The notes beneath the pieces were generated by a model that was given only the letters and a program-made list of their open reading frames with translations, ran no database searches and was not told the origin of the DNA. Of a DNA stretch of 64,000 bases, positions 33,664-44,179 are shown in pieces. The translations under genes and the position numbers were made by a program. Position 1 is the first letter of the stretch. Every line of letters starts with the position of its first letter. Source of the stretch: a virus (taxonomy: Duplodnaviria > Caudoviricetes); IMG/VR virus record IMGVR_UViG_3300049043_000164, positions 1,070 through 65,069 of that record; one strand, written 5' to 3'.

Positions 33664-34532
33664 ATGAACACCAAAAACGTTGCTGTTCTTTCGTTGTGGA
33701 GAGATAGTTCTTCCTATCTCAAACACTCACTAGCTCAATTTGAAGCTATGGAAGAATCCCTTCTCAACAAAGGAGTTAATTGCGTATACGCTTTTTTGAA
33801 AATGATTCTCAGGACAAGACCCCTCAACTCCTTCAATCCTGGCTCTCAAAACGCATGGGCTTTGTTATTTCAGAAAGTATTGGTGCCCCCAAGTGGGGAA
33901 GTGTAGCATCCTTAGATCGTGTTCATTATCAAGCAAGGTACAGAAACATCGCTCTTGATTATTTAAATAATTACTATTACTTTGATTACCTCTTAGTCGT
34001 AGACAGTGATGTGCACTGGAAACCATCTTTAATAATTGATATGATTGACCGCCTGGATTCCAATGAAAACTGGGGCCTGGTTTCACCAAATACCGTACAA
34101 AATGTACGTGATTTTATTGAAGATACCGAACGCCCTTCTTATTTTGATAGTTGGTCTCTTCTTGATTCCACTGGTCAACAGGCAATGACGTTTGCCGCCA
34201 ACCCATTTTTAAATCCAGAAGATCGCCAATCCTGGGACAATCAAAAACCAGTGATTTGTAATAGTGCATTTGGATCAATGGCCATGATCAAAGAAGAAGC
34301 ACTAGACGATGTGAGTTGGTCTGTTATTAATGGTGTAGAGCATTGGGAATTCTGCCGTGGAATCAGGGATAACGGTTATCTAGTCATTGCAGATCCCACA
34401 CTTCATGCAGAAGTAATCCACAAAAAGAAGTTGTTCCTCACCCCAGTGTCATTGAGTTACACCGTAATCGACTTAAAGAAGCACAAATGGGAGTTTTTAT
34501 TAATAAGTAGGAGTATCCCACTCTTGACGTAA
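33664..34532 (+). CDS. glycosyltransferase, CAP59/Anp1-like GT-A fold (frameshifted)
   Basis: FENDSQDKT; R...QARYRN.AL; VVDSD (DxD); YFDSW; SAFG; VEH. Confidence 0.7.
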
Positions 34533-35541
34533 GTCATGTTCAACCATTTCTTCCACAAGCTGATTAAGCGTAGTCCGTGGTTGCCAATCAAGGTCTACTT
34601 GAGCTGCACTTGAATCACCTAAAAGCATATCTACTTCTGCGGGACGGTAATAATCTGGGTTAATACGAACCACAATTTCTTCCAACCGGGGGCAATAACC
34701 AACTTCATCAATACCAGACCCCCTCCAAATAATAGGAAGATCTGCAGCTTCAAATGCCATTTCACAAAATTTTCTAACACTGGTTTGAATACCAGATGAA
34801 ATCACATAATCCTTAGCCTTTGGTTGTTGCAACATCAAATACATGGCTTCTACATAGTCACGTGCGTGACCCCAATCCCTACGTGCATCAAGATTTCCCA
34901 ATTCAATACAATCTTGCTTTCCATTGAGCAATGCGTGCAACACCCTTCGTAATCTTCCGAGTAACAAACTCTTCTCCTCTCACTGGAGATTCATGATTAA
35001 AAAGAATGCCATTACAACCAAATAGCCCATAACTTTCTCTATAGTTAACCGTCAACCAATACCCAAACAACTTAGCGACACCATAAGGACTCCTTGGATA
35101 GAAGTACGTTGATTCACACTGCGGAACTTCCTGGACCTTACCAAACATTTCTGATGTAGATGCCTGATAAAACCTGGGCATTTTGTTTGCATTCCTACAT
35201 GCTTCCAAGATGTTTAGTACTCCTAGTGCATTGATATGTGCCGTACTCCCTGGTGATTTAAAGCTGACACCCACATGGCTTTGAGCAGCTAAGTTGTAAA
35301 CCTCATCTGGACCAAAGGTATCCACTGCCCGATGCATAGATGTAGCGTCCATCATGTCTGAATATTCAAACTTAATCCGCTCTGGAATGTAACCATTAAA
35401 TAGGTATTTCAACTTATTTTTATTCCCTGGATTTGCGTTATTCCTTACTAGGCCAAGGACTTCGTATCCCTGATCAAAAAGCAACTTGGAAAGATATGCA
35501 CCATCTTGGCCAGTAATTCCAGTAATAATTGCTTTTTTCAT
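34500..35541 (-). CDS. gmd: GDP-mannose 4,6-dehydratase (frameshift near 34920)
   Basis: [12 protein letters not shown]; YNLAAQSHV; [11 protein letters not shown]; PRSPYGVAK; GILFNHESP; [13 protein letters not shown]; [11 protein letters not shown]. Confidence 0.95.
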
Positions 35542-35580
35542 GGGAATTATTCTTTATACTGACACTATAACCAAGAATTT

Positions 35581-36764
35581 ATGTGGTGCAGTATGTCAAA
35601 ATTCAAATGGCCGCTTCAAAAAAATACCATTGGTTTTGACGAGAAGTGTGCCTTAATCAAATTCATTCTTACCAGCGACCGATTTACCAACGGTCCCAAG
35701 TGTCTTCAATTTGAAAAGGAGTGGTCCACCTGGCAGGGCAGAAAATATTCTTTGTTTGTAAGCAGTGGATCAACTGCCAATGCTCTTCTTTTGGACGCAG
35801 TACGAGACTTATATTTCAACAAAAATAAAAAGTTAAAAATTCTTTGTCCTGCCGTTAACTGGGCAACTAACATCTCAACATTTCGGCAACAGAATCATTC
35901 AATTTTCTTTTATGACATTGATTACTCAACCTACAGCCCAACCTATGAATCCCTTAAACGCTTAAAAGAAGTTGGCTTTGAGCCAGACATTGTGTATGTA
36001 ACACACATTATGGGGTTTGCCAACAACTTGAAACAGATTAAACAATATTGGCCTATGGCTTACATCCTGGAAGACTGCTGCGAATCACATGGCGCTCTTA
36101 ATGAAAACAAAAAGAAAGTAGGGAATGAAGGACTTGGTTCAACCTTCTCTTTCTACTTTGGTCACCATATGACCACAATTGAGGGAGGCATGGTCTGTAC
36201 TGATAATATTGACCTTTACAATTTGATGCGTGCCAAGCGTTCCCACGGCATGGCCAGAGAGATGCTACCCAAGTATCGCAACCTAGAAGAAGAGCTGGCA
36301 CCTGACATTGACCCTTCATTTTTATTTCCTACCGAAGGATACAACTTTAGAAACACAGAGTTAGGCGCAGTCCTTGGCCTGGTCCAACTTAAAAAACTCA
36401 ATAGATTTATTGAACAACGCAACCGTAATTACACAACGTTCTTCCAGAAGATGGTAGGACATCCCTGGATTAAATACATGCCCAACCCAACTGGAAACAG
36501 TGCAATGACATTACCATTCCATTGCAAATCAGAAAAAACCAAACAGCATCTCAAGGACAAACTCTTTTCTTTGGCGTAGAAACCCGACCGTTTCTTGTTG
36601 GTAATTTATTAAGACAACCATTCATGCACGATTATCAACAAAATCCTTATCTTCCTAATAGCGAAGAGATTCACACAAATTCTTTTTATATTGGCAACAA
36701 TCATTTTGTAACTGAATCTCAAATCAATCACATGACAAAGGAGCTTTACCGATGCGTTGCTTAA
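35581..36764 (+). CDS. DegT/DnrJ-family PLP enzyme, ColD-like GDP-4-keto-6-deoxymannose 3-dehydratase (3' frameshift)
   Basis: SSGSTAN; EDCCESHGA; SFYFGHHMTTIEGG has His at the usual Schiff-base Lys position; GYNFR; ETRP. Confidence 0.8.
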
Positions 36765-37489
36765 TCTCAACCATTATTCGCAACCGTGGCACGCATGTAC
36801 CAACATGGTGTGACCAATTAGTTTTACTTACCAAACAAAATCCAAACATTAAATTTTACTTATCTGTATTTGAAAATGATTCAGAGGACAATACTAAACA
36901 AGTACTTCGTTTAGTTGAAAAAAAATTCCAAAATCATTTTGAGGCCGTAAAAGTGACGACTTCTGATTTAGGTTGGCCATACTTTGGTTCAATCAAAGCA
37001 GAGGAGAGGGTTCACTATTTAGCAGAAGCAAGAAACAAAACTTTAAATCAAATGGAAGATCTTTATGGTCTTTCATTATTTGACAAAATTGCATGTGTTG
37101 AACCAGACGTTTTATATAGTCCGGAACAAATTAGCGCCCTTCTTTATTCTGGTTTAGATATTGCTTCTGGATATAGTGCTCTTCCTCACGGATTTGGTGT
37201 ACCTGATTGGATTTATGACAGTTGGGCAACACGTGTAGACTCAAACGATACCGAATATAAAGGCCCCAAAATCTCTGAGCTTCCCAACCTTCTTCCCGTT
37301 GCTTCCACTTTTAATTGTTTTTGTGTCTATAAAGCCTTGCCATTTGCCAATGGGTTACGTTTCTCAGGTGTAAATCCTCGCACTCTCACCTGGGACTGCG
37401 ATACTACAAACATTTGTTTTCTATTTGCGAATAGCGGATACGAAAATATTGGCATGTACAACATTCCCGTATTACACAAGTTGTCTTAA
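36752..37489 (+). CDS. glycosyltransferase, CAP59-like
   Basis: FENDSEDNT; RVHYLAEARNK; EPD; YDSWATR; STFNCFCVY. Confidence 0.7.
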   Translation: MRCLISTIIRNRGTHVPTWCDQLVLLTKQNPNIKFYLSVFENDSEDNTKQVLRLVEKKFQNHFEAVKVTTSDLGWPYFGSIKAEERVHYLAEARNKTLNQMEDLYGLSLFDKIACVEPDVLYSPEQISALLYSGLDIASGYSALPHGFGVPDWIYDSWATRVDSNDTEYKGPKISELPNLLPVASTFNCFCVYKALPFANGLRFSGVNPRTLTWDCDTTNICFLFANSGYENIGMYNIPVLHKLS

Positions 37490-37685
37490 AAGCATTAAAG
37501 CACTACAATTAATTAAAGTTTTCCGTATTTTGTAAAGGTATTAAACATGCAACAATATCAAAAGACTTTGGCGCAAGGTATTGAATTTTTAGATCAACAT
37601 GATGCGCTGCTTCAAAGTTTAACCTTATCCAAACAAAATACTGGAAACAATGTTTATACTGACAAAGAAACCCAAGGAATCTCAA

Positions 37686-37907
37686 ATGGCACTGAGCAGT
37701 CAAGTCAAGGAATCAATTACTCAAGCAACGAACAACTTACGTGATGCACTTGCTTTTGCCGCAAGATCTGAGCATCCCATTGTTATTTCAAGCCTTACCG
37801 ATATGTTAATGAGGCTTGAAGCAGTTGAGTCTCTTGAAGACGTGATGCGTCACATGGAAGAAAAATCTAAAAGCCCTGGTAGCAAACCCCCATTCTTTAT
37901 GGGATAA
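37686..37907 (+). CDS. hypothetical protein
   Basis: MALSSQVKESI..A...LRDALAFAARSEHP. Confidence 0.6.
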   Translation: MALSSQVKESITQATNNLRDALAFAARSEHPIVISSLTDMLMRLEAVESLEDVMRHMEEKSKSPGSKPPFFMG

Positions 37908-37954
37908 ATACTATTGATTTAAAATAGTTGTTATAACTAACGAACACGGATGCT

Positions 37955-38269
37955 ATGGCTGCAAGACAAGAGCAAGTACACCAAGCCAGACTTACGTGAG
38001 CGCATTAAAAATAAAGTCATGCGTGAATGGCCGTGGATCGGTAAACCGGGAGAATGGTCGTAGCCGTAAGGCCAACTGATTAGTGCGGCGTAAAAGCGCA
38101 ACTTGTCGCACAGGAATACAAAGAAGCAGGTGGTGGATACAAAGGAGGCAAAGGAGAAAAACAAAAAGATCTAGAGAAGTGGGGAAAAGAAAAGTGGATG
38201 ACCAAAGATGAGTACGAGAAACGCAGTAAGGCTAAAGCTGCTGCTAAAAAATATCAGGAAAACAAATAA
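37955..38269 (+). CDS. DUF5872-like basic protein (frameshifted)
   Basis: KYTKPDLRERIKNKVM...GKPGEW...EAGGGYKG...W.KEKWMTK. Confidence 0.5.
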
Positions 38270-38293
38270 ACGGTAATTATCGGGAATCCTGTT

Positions 38294-38557
38294 ATGGCAA
38301 TGCAATTTGCTGGTAAATACACTGGCGTACTAGCAAACAAACTGTATCCACCAGATATTGATTTAGCAGAAAATCTTATACGAACGGCTTATAAAATTAT
38401 TCCTTGGGATCAAAAAATAGCAGGAGGCGACCCAGAAAGTGAATTGGTTGCACGTATTCCAGCCGCTGTTTCTCGCATAAACATGCGAGGTTTAACCCCA
38501 GAAGTAGCTATTAATTTGGTATTAACATATAACAATAAAATCAGCAACGGTATTTAA
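38294..38557 (+). CDS. hypothetical protein
   Basis: 87 aa ORF. Confidence 0.45.
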   Translation: MAMQFAGKYTGVLANKLYPPDIDLAENLIRTAYKIIPWDQKIAGGDPESELVARIPAAVSRINMRGLTPEVAINLVLTYNNKISNGI

Positions 38558-38654
38558 TAGAAAATTCAGATAAGATTAAATTTACTACTATACAAGGAAC
38601 AGTCAAGATAATGAGTTAACATATAAACAGAAATTAAAATTAACTATTTTTGAA

Positions 38655-38870
38655 ATGGAAATCTTGCTTAAAGCAGTTAAAGTGACGTACACTCGAACTT
38701 TTACATTTATTCCTACAACTGAACACTTTGTTGATTATGAATGTCCTCCAGATCAAGAAAGCGTTGAGGACCAAGCTTGTGAGGCTTTATTTGAGATAAT
38801 TCATCAGGAAATAGCAATATTTAAAAACCCAATGCCTTACACTACTATTAAAGAACTTAAAAAGTGTTAA
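38655..38870 (+). CDS. hypothetical protein
   Basis: 71 aa ORF. Confidence 0.45.
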   Translation: MEILLKAVKVTYTRTFTFIPTTEHFVDYECPPDQESVEDQACEALFEIIHQEIAIFKNPMPYTTIKELKKC

Positions 38871-38910
38871 AATTAATTGGGAAGGGGAAGAGGAGGAAGA
38901 AGAGTAAGTA

Positions 38911-39120
38911 ATGGCAGTCGATAAAGCTATTCAAAAAGGAGAAACCAAACGGTATCTACCAGAAAAAGCATGGGCATCACTATCAAAAGAAGAGCGTGCC
39001 AAGACAGATGCCAAGAAACGTGCAGGCAGCAAACAAGGTAAACAGTTTGTGAAGAACACAGAAGCTGCAGAAAAAGCAGGACGTGCAGCACGTGCAGCTA
39101 AACGCTATAAAAATAGATAG
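38911..39120 (+). CDS. small basic protein (DUF5872-like C-terminal part)
   Basis: RYLPEKAWASLSKEERAKTDAKKRAGSKQGKQFV. Confidence 0.6.
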   Translation: MAVDKAIQKGETKRYLPEKAWASLSKEERAKTDAKKRAGSKQGKQFVKNTEAAEKAGRAARAAKRYKNR

Positions 39121-39153
39121 ATCACTTATAGTAGATAAAGATTCCTAATTACA

Positions 39154-39309
39154 ATGGAAAAGAAAAAAGCCGTTCCCCCAGCCAAAGGTAAGGCAGTTCC
39201 TGCTGCTAAAAGCAAGGCTGGCGCATCCGACAAACAAGCTGCTGCCCGCGACAAGTTTAAAGAAATGATTGCAAAAAAGAAAGAAGCTGCTGCTAAAAAG
39301 AAAAAGTAA
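39154..39309 (+). CDS. Lys/Ala-rich small protein
   Basis: MEKKKAVPPAKGKAVPAAKSK...KKKEAAAKKKK. Confidence 0.6.
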   Translation: MEKKKAVPPAKGKAVPAAKSKAGASDKQAAARDKFKEMIAKKKEAAAKKKK

Positions 39310-39361
39310 TTATAATTACACTGCTCAACTATCCATTGGATGGGATTCCGAAAGTTAATGT

Positions 39362-39390
39362 TCCTGGCCTGAGCAACCAGGAATTTTTAT
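39362..39390 (+). terminator. probable intrinsic terminator
   Basis: TCCTGG...CCAGGA stem followed by ATTTTTAT. Confidence 0.5.
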
Positions 39391-39405
39391 TGCTAAAATA
39401 ATTTT

Positions 39406-39620
39406 GATAGAGAATCAGACCCCTGTGCGCGTCATGCCCTAGAGCATGGAAGGCGACAGACCTGATTCTTTATCTATCCACAGATGCCATTTAATTCTTT
39501 CCATAGTCTGTGGTGGTAAAAAGGGTAAAGAATCTATTACAGTCTGAACTGGGCATTTGCTTTAATGTAGGACTGTTCAAACACCCCCTAAGCCTCTCAA
39601 CGATGCTCAAACCTGGGGGT
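39406..39620 (+). ncRNA. candidate structured non-coding RNA (series of stems)
   Basis: TGcTAAAAT extended -10 at 39391; stems GATAGAGAATCAG/CTGATTCTTTATC, CCACAGA/TCTGTGG, ACAGTC/GACTGT, ACCCCC/GGGGGT; no ORF. Confidence 0.4.
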
Positions 39621-39624
39621 CACT

Positions 39625-39726
39625 CGTCTGTTACGAACTAATAGGATAAGGCGGCTTCCAGCCTGGACATTGGACGCAATGTTTTCAGAGGGCAAAGCGA
39701 TATGGGTTCAAGTCCCATACAGACGG
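39625..39726 (+). ncRNA. tRNA-like RNA with enlarged anticodon arm
   Basis: Acceptor stem CGTCTGT/ACAGACG, T-arm ATGGG-TTCAAGT-CCCAT, D-loop-like CTAATAGGATAAG; about 35 nt where the anticodon loop should be; 3' GCTA instead of NCCA. Confidence 0.55.
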
Positions 39727-39742
39727 CTACTTAAAAAATCAA

Positions 39743-40282
39743 ATGGCAAATATATTTGTTATTGCTGATACCCACTGGGGACACGCAAAAAGTTTGACAT
39801 TTGTTACATCAGAAGGAGAGCGGTTACGTCCATTTGATTCAGTAGAAGAAATGGATGAACTCATGGTTACCAACTGGAATAACACTGTTGGAAAGCATGA
39901 CACTATCTATCACTTAGGCGATGTCGTTATCCCTAGACCAAGTCTTAAAGTACTCAGTCGTCTTAACGGCAGAAAGATTTTGATCCGTGGTAATCACGAC
40001 CAAGGACAACTCAAAGACTTCTCTCAATATTTTGAAGATGTACGCGGAGCTTTTTTCTTTAGGCCAGGTTCAGACTTTCTTGGCGGGCTGATCTTTACAC
40101 ATATTCCAGTACACCCCTCTTGCCTCTCTGGCCACTACCGAGGCAATGTTCACGGCCATATCCATTGCAATCTTGTCATGGATAAAGATGAACCTGACAA
40201 AAAATATTTCAACGCATGTGTAGAACGCAACAACTTTACTCCTGTGTCTATTGACACAATCAAACAATATTTTAGTAATTAA
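39743..40282 (+). CDS. calcineurin-like metallophosphoesterase
   Basis: ADTHWGH; HLGDV; RGNHD; THIP; HGHIH. Confidence 0.9.
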   Translation: MANIFVIADTHWGHAKSLTFVTSEGERLRPFDSVEEMDELMVTNWNNTVGKHDTIYHLGDVVIPRPSLKVLSRLNGRKILIRGNHDQGQLKDFSQYFEDVRGAFFFRPGSDFLGGLIFTHIPVHPSCLSGHYRGNVHGHIHCNLVMDKDEPDKKYFNACVERNNFTPVSIDTIKQYFSN

Positions 40283-40316
40283 TTGACTATACTTATTTTA
40301 GTTAGTTGTTTGCTTA

Positions 40317-40568
40317 GTGCCTAGTCGCAACAGAACAAAAGTAAAAAACAACAGAGTCAATCTTTTAAGTTACAAAAAGACTTTATCTTGCATTAAGTGT
40401 GGAATAAAAGATTATCGCCTATTAGAATTTCATCACATTAACGAAAAAGATAAAGCAATATCAAGTCTTGTTAGTCAAGGCTATAGCTGGAATCGAATTG
40501 AAGAAGAAATTAGTAAGTGCATTCCGCTTTGCTGTAACTGCCACAGGCTGGAACACTGGAGTGATTAA
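40317..40568 (+). CDS. small HNH-like protein
   Basis: CIKCG...LEFHH...EISKCIPLCCNCHR. Confidence 0.7.
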   Translation: MPSRNRTKVKNNRVNLLSYKKTLSCIKCGIKDYRLLEFHHINEKDKAISSLVSQGYSWNRIEEEISKCIPLCCNCHRLEHWSD

Positions 40569-41455
40569 TACGGAATAGTTATATTTATATCATAAGGTGT
40601 TGGTTTAATAGGTAATGCATATAACAAAGCACGACCTAAAGCTGTAGCTGGGTTTTTGAATTGAGACTTGGTTTCTTTCATTTGACCGTACTGACCAGAT
40701 TGGGTCGTAGAAGTTGGCGCCTTAGACGCAAAATATCCTTTAGTTGGATCCCAAATACTTTGTATTTCCTCAATTGCTTTAACCGGTTGAAATTTACCAG
40801 ACACAAGATCTGGATCTTCAGATCGATTTACCATGTCATAGGTATCTTTAAAAGTAATAGATTTACCTGGATCAACATTTACGTTATAAGAACCAAGTGT
40901 ATTAGTAACACTTGTGCCGACATCAAGACGACCATAAGGTCGTACAGGACCAGATTCAACCAAACCTGGTCCATATGCAGGGACGGACACCATTAAGAAA
41001 TCAGGCAAGTTTCTATTTTTAATACCCTCTGCAACTGTCTGTTTTAAAAAATTTCCAAAAGGATCATTAGTATTTCTTGAGTCACGTGTTTTAATTTTTT
41101 GCTGCATACTTGCAATTGTTTCTTCTGGTACTTTTAGTGGGTTTGGAATCATTGCTTTTGCTAAAGGTTGTTGAGCAGCAGCGGCTCTTAAATCCATTAA
41201 TGTTGATGGATCTAACTGTAAGTTTGTATTACCAACTCCAGTAAGATAACGAGCAAATAAATTAACTCGATCTGGTAGCTGATTTAACGCAGCACCAGCT
41301 ATATTTTTTGTAGCCGCATTTATTTTTTCTTTTGTGGACTCAACAGCGCTTGCGGCACCCCCAGGTAATAAACCACCAAACACATTTTTATCTAATTGAC
41401 CATAACCACGGCCAACTTTATTTAAAAATTGTTGAAAGATATTTGGGTCAGCCAT
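40565..41455 (-). CDS. hypothetical protein
   Basis: 296 aa ORF. Confidence 0.6.
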   Translation of the reverse strand: MADPNIFQQFLNKVGRGYGQLDKNVFGGLLPGGAASAVESTKEKINAATKNIAGAALNQLPDRVNLFARYLTGVGNTNLQLDPSTLMDLRAAAAQQPLAKAMIPNPLKVPEETIASMQQKIKTRDSRNTNDPFGNFLKQTVAEGIKNRNLPDFLMVSVPAYGPGLVESGPVRPYGRLDVGTSVTNTLGSYNVNVDPGKSITFKDTYDMVNRSEDPDLVSGKFQPVKAIEEIQSIWDPTKGYFASKAPTSTTQSGQYGQMKETKSQFKNPATALGRALLYALPIKPTPYDINITIPY

Positions 41456-42010
41456 TATCCAGTTCTTAATGTAGCTTTAATAAACCAAGCAGCTTTAAAA
41501 GCCTGACCAGTAAGGTCAGCAAGATAATTAGCAATATCAATAGCACCAACCTTTTGTGCAATAGGTTCTAAGCTTTTTAGCACTTCATTCCCAACTCTTC
41601 TAAGATTCTTATAGTAAGTACCAAGCATGTCAGTGCCTTTGTAGCTAGATACATGCTGAACACCAGGGCTTGCATCTGCTAATCCCCTGGCACACATAGG
41701 CATGAGATAATCCATGGACCTGAATGAACTCAGCTAATGTATCAAACTGTTCTAGATGAGCTTCATATTGATCTTTAAGAAATGCATGCACACCTAATAA
41801 AGTCTTGACCTTCATAGTTCAAATGAATTAAATGACTTTGAGTCTCTAGTTCTTTTAAGTAAGAACAAAGAGAAATGCACTGTTGAATAAAAGATCCAAC
41901 GTCTCCCCCTTTGATTTCCCTGGAGCTTTAGGTTTTTCTTGCGGCTGAGGAACCTCTTGAACAACAGGAGGTTGTTGCATTGGAACCACTTGAGGACCAG
42001 GAGTATACAT
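41455..42010 (-). CDS. Dps/ferritin-like protein (frameshifted)
   Basis: Upstream frames read SHLIHLNYEG..F..VHAFLKDQYEAHLEQFDTLAEFIRS, a Dps-type ferroxidase pattern; ends KAAWFIKA. Confidence 0.7.
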
Positions 42011-42086
42011 AGCTTTTATAGTCTTAGATCTAGTTTACCATTCCTAAAATCTATGGAATTAAAATAGAGCTAACAACAATAGACAA

Positions 42087-42425
42087 ATGCAAGGTCAACA
42101 AAATCTTTTCATCGACTACGCATCCCTGGATGCCCCAGCATCAGGAGTATCAACGTTAGTTCAGTTGCCTCCTAGTTTGAACACAAAGAATTACGTGTTA
42201 TTTGCAACTGTTACCAGCATTAACACTAATGTGATTATTGCATTAAACGGCTCAATTGATGGCAGCAATTGGTCAAAGATTATTGCTAACCAAACAATTA
42301 CAAGCAACGGCACTACTCATTACAACGTAGCAAACCATCCAGTTAAATACGTACAACCAGTGTTTGTTTCTGAATCTGGCGGCACCGCTGCTAATGTATT
42401 GTTCAGTCTTGCTGCTGGAGACTAA
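42087..42425 (+). CDS. small beta-rich putative structural protein
   Basis: VIIALNGSIDGSNW...YV.PVFVSESGGT. Confidence 0.55.
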   Translation: MQGQQNLFIDYASLDAPASGVSTLVQLPPSLNTKNYVLFATVTSINTNVIIALNGSIDGSNWSKIIANQTITSNGTTHYNVANHPVKYVQPVFVSESGGTAANVLFSLAAGD

Positions 42426-42443
42426 TATTTATTACTGTTTTAT

Positions 42444-42644
42444 TTAAGGGATTTTTGACGTTACTAATTGACCATAATCTCTAGGCTCAGTTACAGATAC
42501 ACTAATTTGATTACAAACATCACACGTACCAATGTGATAAGTAGCACAGTGTTTAGGTGGACCAGAATACACACGACCCTGGTACCACCTACCATACTTC
42601 ATACCACAGTCATGGCATACCCACTGAAATTTTTTAGGTTTCAT
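42444..42644 (-). CDS. small zinc-ribbon protein
   Basis: WVCHDCG...H.G.CDVC...VTEPRDYG. Confidence 0.55.
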   Translation of the reverse strand: MKPKKFQWVCHDCGMKYGRWYQGRVYSGPPKHCATYHIGTCDVCNQISVSVTEPRDYGQLVTSKIP

Positions 42645-43184
42645 TGGATAGCCTTAATGATATTTTCATAATGTTCAGCTTGCTTTAAGTGATACGTCCG
42701 CTGCTCTTTTAATACTTCAAGAATTGCTTTTGCTACTTTATCTGCAGGCAATAACTCTTCAGAAGATACAACAGTATCTGAAAAGTGCTCAACAAATTCT
42801 TTATAAGCACGTTGTTCCATTAATGCATCAAAAGCAGATAAAGCCCCAGTTTCTGCGTTGGTAGTGTCGTGCATATTTTCACGTAGTTGTTTAGAGTCAC
42901 CAGCGGCTGCAGTATTAGAATTCCCCAGCCTCTTGGTTGAGTTGTACTCTGAGATCAAATCCGAATCGTTTAGTTTCATGAATAAAGTCTTCAATACATT
43001 TACCGTAGCCTTCAATAAAATCTTCTGGGTTTGGTACATCTTCATCGGGTGGATACCCAATATATGACAGCAAACTCAGATCTAAAAACCGAAGCACTCT
43101 TTTTAACAAAACTTCAACTTCTTTTTTGTCCATAAGAATTGTTTTGGTTAGACCCACTTTGACAGTGGGCCTTAATAATGTCAA

Positions 43185-43421
43185 TCATTGATTTAGTTTT
43201 TGAATTCTTTCATATTCTTCAACTGCTTTAAGAGCTTCAAAAAACTGTGCACGAAGCAATGGACCAGCCTCCGTAGTGCAGAAACGTTCCCATAAGCCAG
43301 TGTATGTACAGCTACTAGGCTGATACACGTTGTATAAGTGTTCTTGAAAGTTTGCTTTTTGTTGCTCGAGATTTACATCCCAACTGTTTAGAACTCTTTG
43401 ATAATCAAATGAATTAGTCAT
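43185..43421 (-). CDS. hypothetical protein
   Basis: ORF from MTNSFDYQ; YTGLW motif. Confidence 0.5.
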   Translation of the reverse strand: MTNSFDYQRVLNSWDVNLEQQKANFQEHLYNVYQPSSCTYTGLWERFCTTEAGPLLRAQFFEALKAVEEYERIQKLNQ

Positions 43422-43645
43422 TAACAAATTTGGTTTGCATGTGATAAACATCCTGGATCTCAGGACGAACCTCATTGATGGCATCAAGAAGATCGTCTTC
43501 AATCAAGGTTAAAAATTCATTAAGAGTACGCCCCGTAAATGAGTCATACTCCAAATCAATGTTAAATGAAACGTTGATTGTTACAAGGGTTTTGGGAGGT
43601 GCTTCCATTTCTAGAAGTGTGGAACCCTAAAACAATAGCAGGTTT

Positions 43646-43915
43646 TCATTTCTCTAGCAGCCTTTCTAAAGAATGCATTTGGTTTTGCTGGTAATAACCA
43701 AGCCGTTCTTGAATTACATGAGTGTAGTTAATAGATGCATCAACCATTTCTTCTGCTGTCATTGATGCAGATAGATTTTCATTGGCAAGCATGGCAGCAG
43801 TAAGCACCGTAACTTGCCATTCCATCTTGTTACCAATTAACGCAGGAAGGGGGGTGCCACCCTGTGTAAATGAATCAAACAATTTTGTCAATCCGTCGTC
43901 AACCATGGCACCCAA
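43646..43915 (-). CDS. hypothetical protein
   Basis: 89 aa ORF in a - strand gene run. Confidence 0.5.
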   Translation of the reverse strand: MGAMVDDGLTKLFDSFTQGGTPLPALIGNKMEWQVTVLTAAMLANENLSASMTAEEMVDASINYTHVIQERLGYYQQNQMHSLERLLEK

Positions 43916-44179
43916 ATCTTTTCTTTAGTTTATCTCCCCTAGTTCTTTTCTTTCATTAAATAAAACCAATATGCATTTCTAGAGTTCATATGAAACCGTT
44001 TACCGCTAAGTAACTTTAATTTTTTTTCTTCTAGTTCTTGAGCCTTTGTTTCGTTATACGGAAGCGTATCTCCGTTGTCACAAAGCATTGCCAACTCAAG
44101 ACTTACCATTTCAAGTTGAAGCTGAAAATCCTCTACGGCTTGCTCATGACAACGACACATGATGTGTGCATCATCAAGA

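Noticed and set aside
39406-39476. Long hairpin as SRP (4.5S) RNA
   Set aside because: Lacks the conserved helix-8 CAGG...GGAA...AGCA motif
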